From contig NC_043000.1 of assembly GCF_006345805.1 (NCBI RefSeq), forward strand, positions 35,340,001 to 35,404,000: a DNA stretch of 64,000 nt, given 5' to 3'. The position numbers were made by a program, and so were the translations under genes. The stretch is from Octopus sinensis. Its lineage: Eukaryota. Below the pieces are notes generated by a model, which ran no database searches, had not been told where the DNA came from, and saw only the letters and a program-made list of their open reading frames with translations. Below, one piece after another: positions 62,301-64,000 of the stretch; position 1 is the stretch's first letter; the number at the start of each line of letters is the position of its first letter.

Positions 62301-63334
62301 GTTATGTCGTCTTTACATGCAAGTGGTGTTCTGTATGTATGAATGTATGTGTATGTATATGTGTATGTATGCGGTCTATACATGTGTGTGGTGTGAGTTT
62401 AAAGGACCGTAGTCGGGTGGATTAGTGGTGTGAAAGCCAATAATCTTTATCGATAGGTTAAATATGTAAAGTGGTTTCATATGTTGTCGTCCAACTGAGT
62501 TTCCGGAGAGGTCGGCGCTATGGAGGCCCATCACTCTCGTCTTCGTCGTCGCGAAATCTAATAATCAATGGACAACGGATCAATGAAATTACAACAACGA
62601 CAGCAACAAAATCATTAAACAGTGATGAGATTAAATGCCCCTACCACCACCACCACCACCACCGCCAACTACAACAGCAACAGCAACACAAACTACAACC
62701 GTAATAGCAGCGATAATAACAGCAACATCATTAAATAGTTACAAGACTAAATGCCTAAAATATTACCACCCCCATACACCCAATCCCACCCTCACCATCA
62801 CTGCAACCACCACAAGCACCACTACCACCACCAACAACAACAACAATAACAACAACGGCAACAGTATTGTAAACATGAAATCTGTGGAGTGAGTGATTGT
62901 CCTATAAAATATTTGAGACATACAATATTTAGTTTGGTTCTTTACCGAACTGAGTTCGAATCCGTTGGAGCTGATTTTGCTTTATCTCCCACCTGGGTCG
63001 ATCAAATGAAAATATGTTCTTGACACAGAAAGAGTGGAGGTAAATTCTATGGCCGAAATCTTTCATTGTCGCCCACTGACTTTTTTCAACATTTTTCATT
63101 GTAAGGAATATTCGTAAACACAATGGAACGGTATGAAGGAACAACTAGAAAATTCTATAGCTGAGAAGCAGAGGAGGAGGACAGGGTGAGGAGTGGGAAG
63201 GAAAAGGGGATAAGTTTTTAGGCATTTCAAGACTGATGGGAGTAAACTATTTTCGGGCCAAAGATCTTGTCTGAATTCTTGCTAGGGTCAGATGGGAGTA
63301 TGAAACCGGACTACATATTGGCTCTCAACAGGTA

Positions 63335-63470
63335 ATTATTTCATCGAACCCGAAAGGATGAAGAAGGGAAAGTCGATTTTGGCGCCATTTGAACTCAGAA
63401 CGTAAAGACAAATGAAATGCCACTAAGCGCTTTGTCCGGACTGCAAACGATTCAACCAGCGCGATGCCTT
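63335..63470 (-). mobile_element. SINE family A, old degenerate copy
   Basis: CCCGAAAGGATGAAG...ATTTGAACTCAGAACGTAAAGAC. Confidence 0.65.
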
Positions 63471-64000
63471 AAACCGGACCACATATTAAACTAAGAACTG
63501 TCGATGGAACAAAATGTAGCCCCCCCCCCCCCAACGCCAACATTTACGACGTAGTTTTTTTAAATTTCTGGCTTGAAATAAATTCATTTTCTTTGTGCTA
63601 CCATTTATAAAGAGATAAACCTCACCAATTCCCATTTTCCATCTCTAAAAATGTATTGATCTTGTGGTGTCGAGTCAAAAGTAAAGAACCGCAATAATAA
63701 TAGCAATTTAATTATTAATATATTTAATTATTAATATATTTAATTATTAATATATTTAATACATAAAACATCAGGAAAATGGTTAATATTGTTTTGTTTC
63801 GATAAGGGAAACAAAATCTGGTAATATTTCGGTTTAATGATCTCAGTATCAATGTGTATGCATCATGGTACCTACCGGAATAATGGTACAGCGACCAAAT
63901 ACAAGGGTGCAACAGTAAAACCTCTCATATTTTCACGGCCACAGGAGCGTTGCAAGAGAAGTAAGGCAAGCGGTAATGGTGTCTTCATGCAGATGTTTTT

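Noticed and set aside
61782-62425. ORFs of 165-179 aa rich in Y/I
   Set aside because: Translations of (TA)n microsatellite. The same applies to the ORFs at about 16.8, 21.2, 27.2, 50.9, 52.4 and 54.0 kb.

Overview
AT-rich, microsatellite-dense animal DNA. The SINE families and repeat landscape look like an octopus or other coleoid cephalopod (inference). Bases 1-14.6 kb hold the last coding exons of a + strand gene: exons 3272-3347, 10538-10671 and 14050-14629 join in frame, and the protein looks like a transcriptional regulator (repeated [DN]LSMK motifs, IKQEP). The rest is a transposon graveyard: Tc1, mariner-type and Chapaev3-like DNA transposons; RTE, CR1, R4/RLE and Penelope remnants; at least five SINE families; several long inverted repeats; and two minisatellites. 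The most interesting signal is an apparent L1/Tx1-clade retroposon system with three members. (i) A near full-length Tx1-like LINE (21363-27264, minus) sits in a (CTAT)n microsatellite, with a second 3'-end-only copy in the same array. (ii) An ORF1-only (gag-like, no RT) non-autonomous element is present as a head-to-tail dimer inside one 18-bp target-site duplication (54544-57013). (iii) A tRNA-derived SINE. All three share a 3' motif, GTCCC..CTGTGT..GCCC..GG..AATAAAGAAA. Three separate junctions of the ORF1-only element and the SINE all read TTCT|TATTTCTTTATT. All family assignments come from motif recognition by eye; no database search was run.
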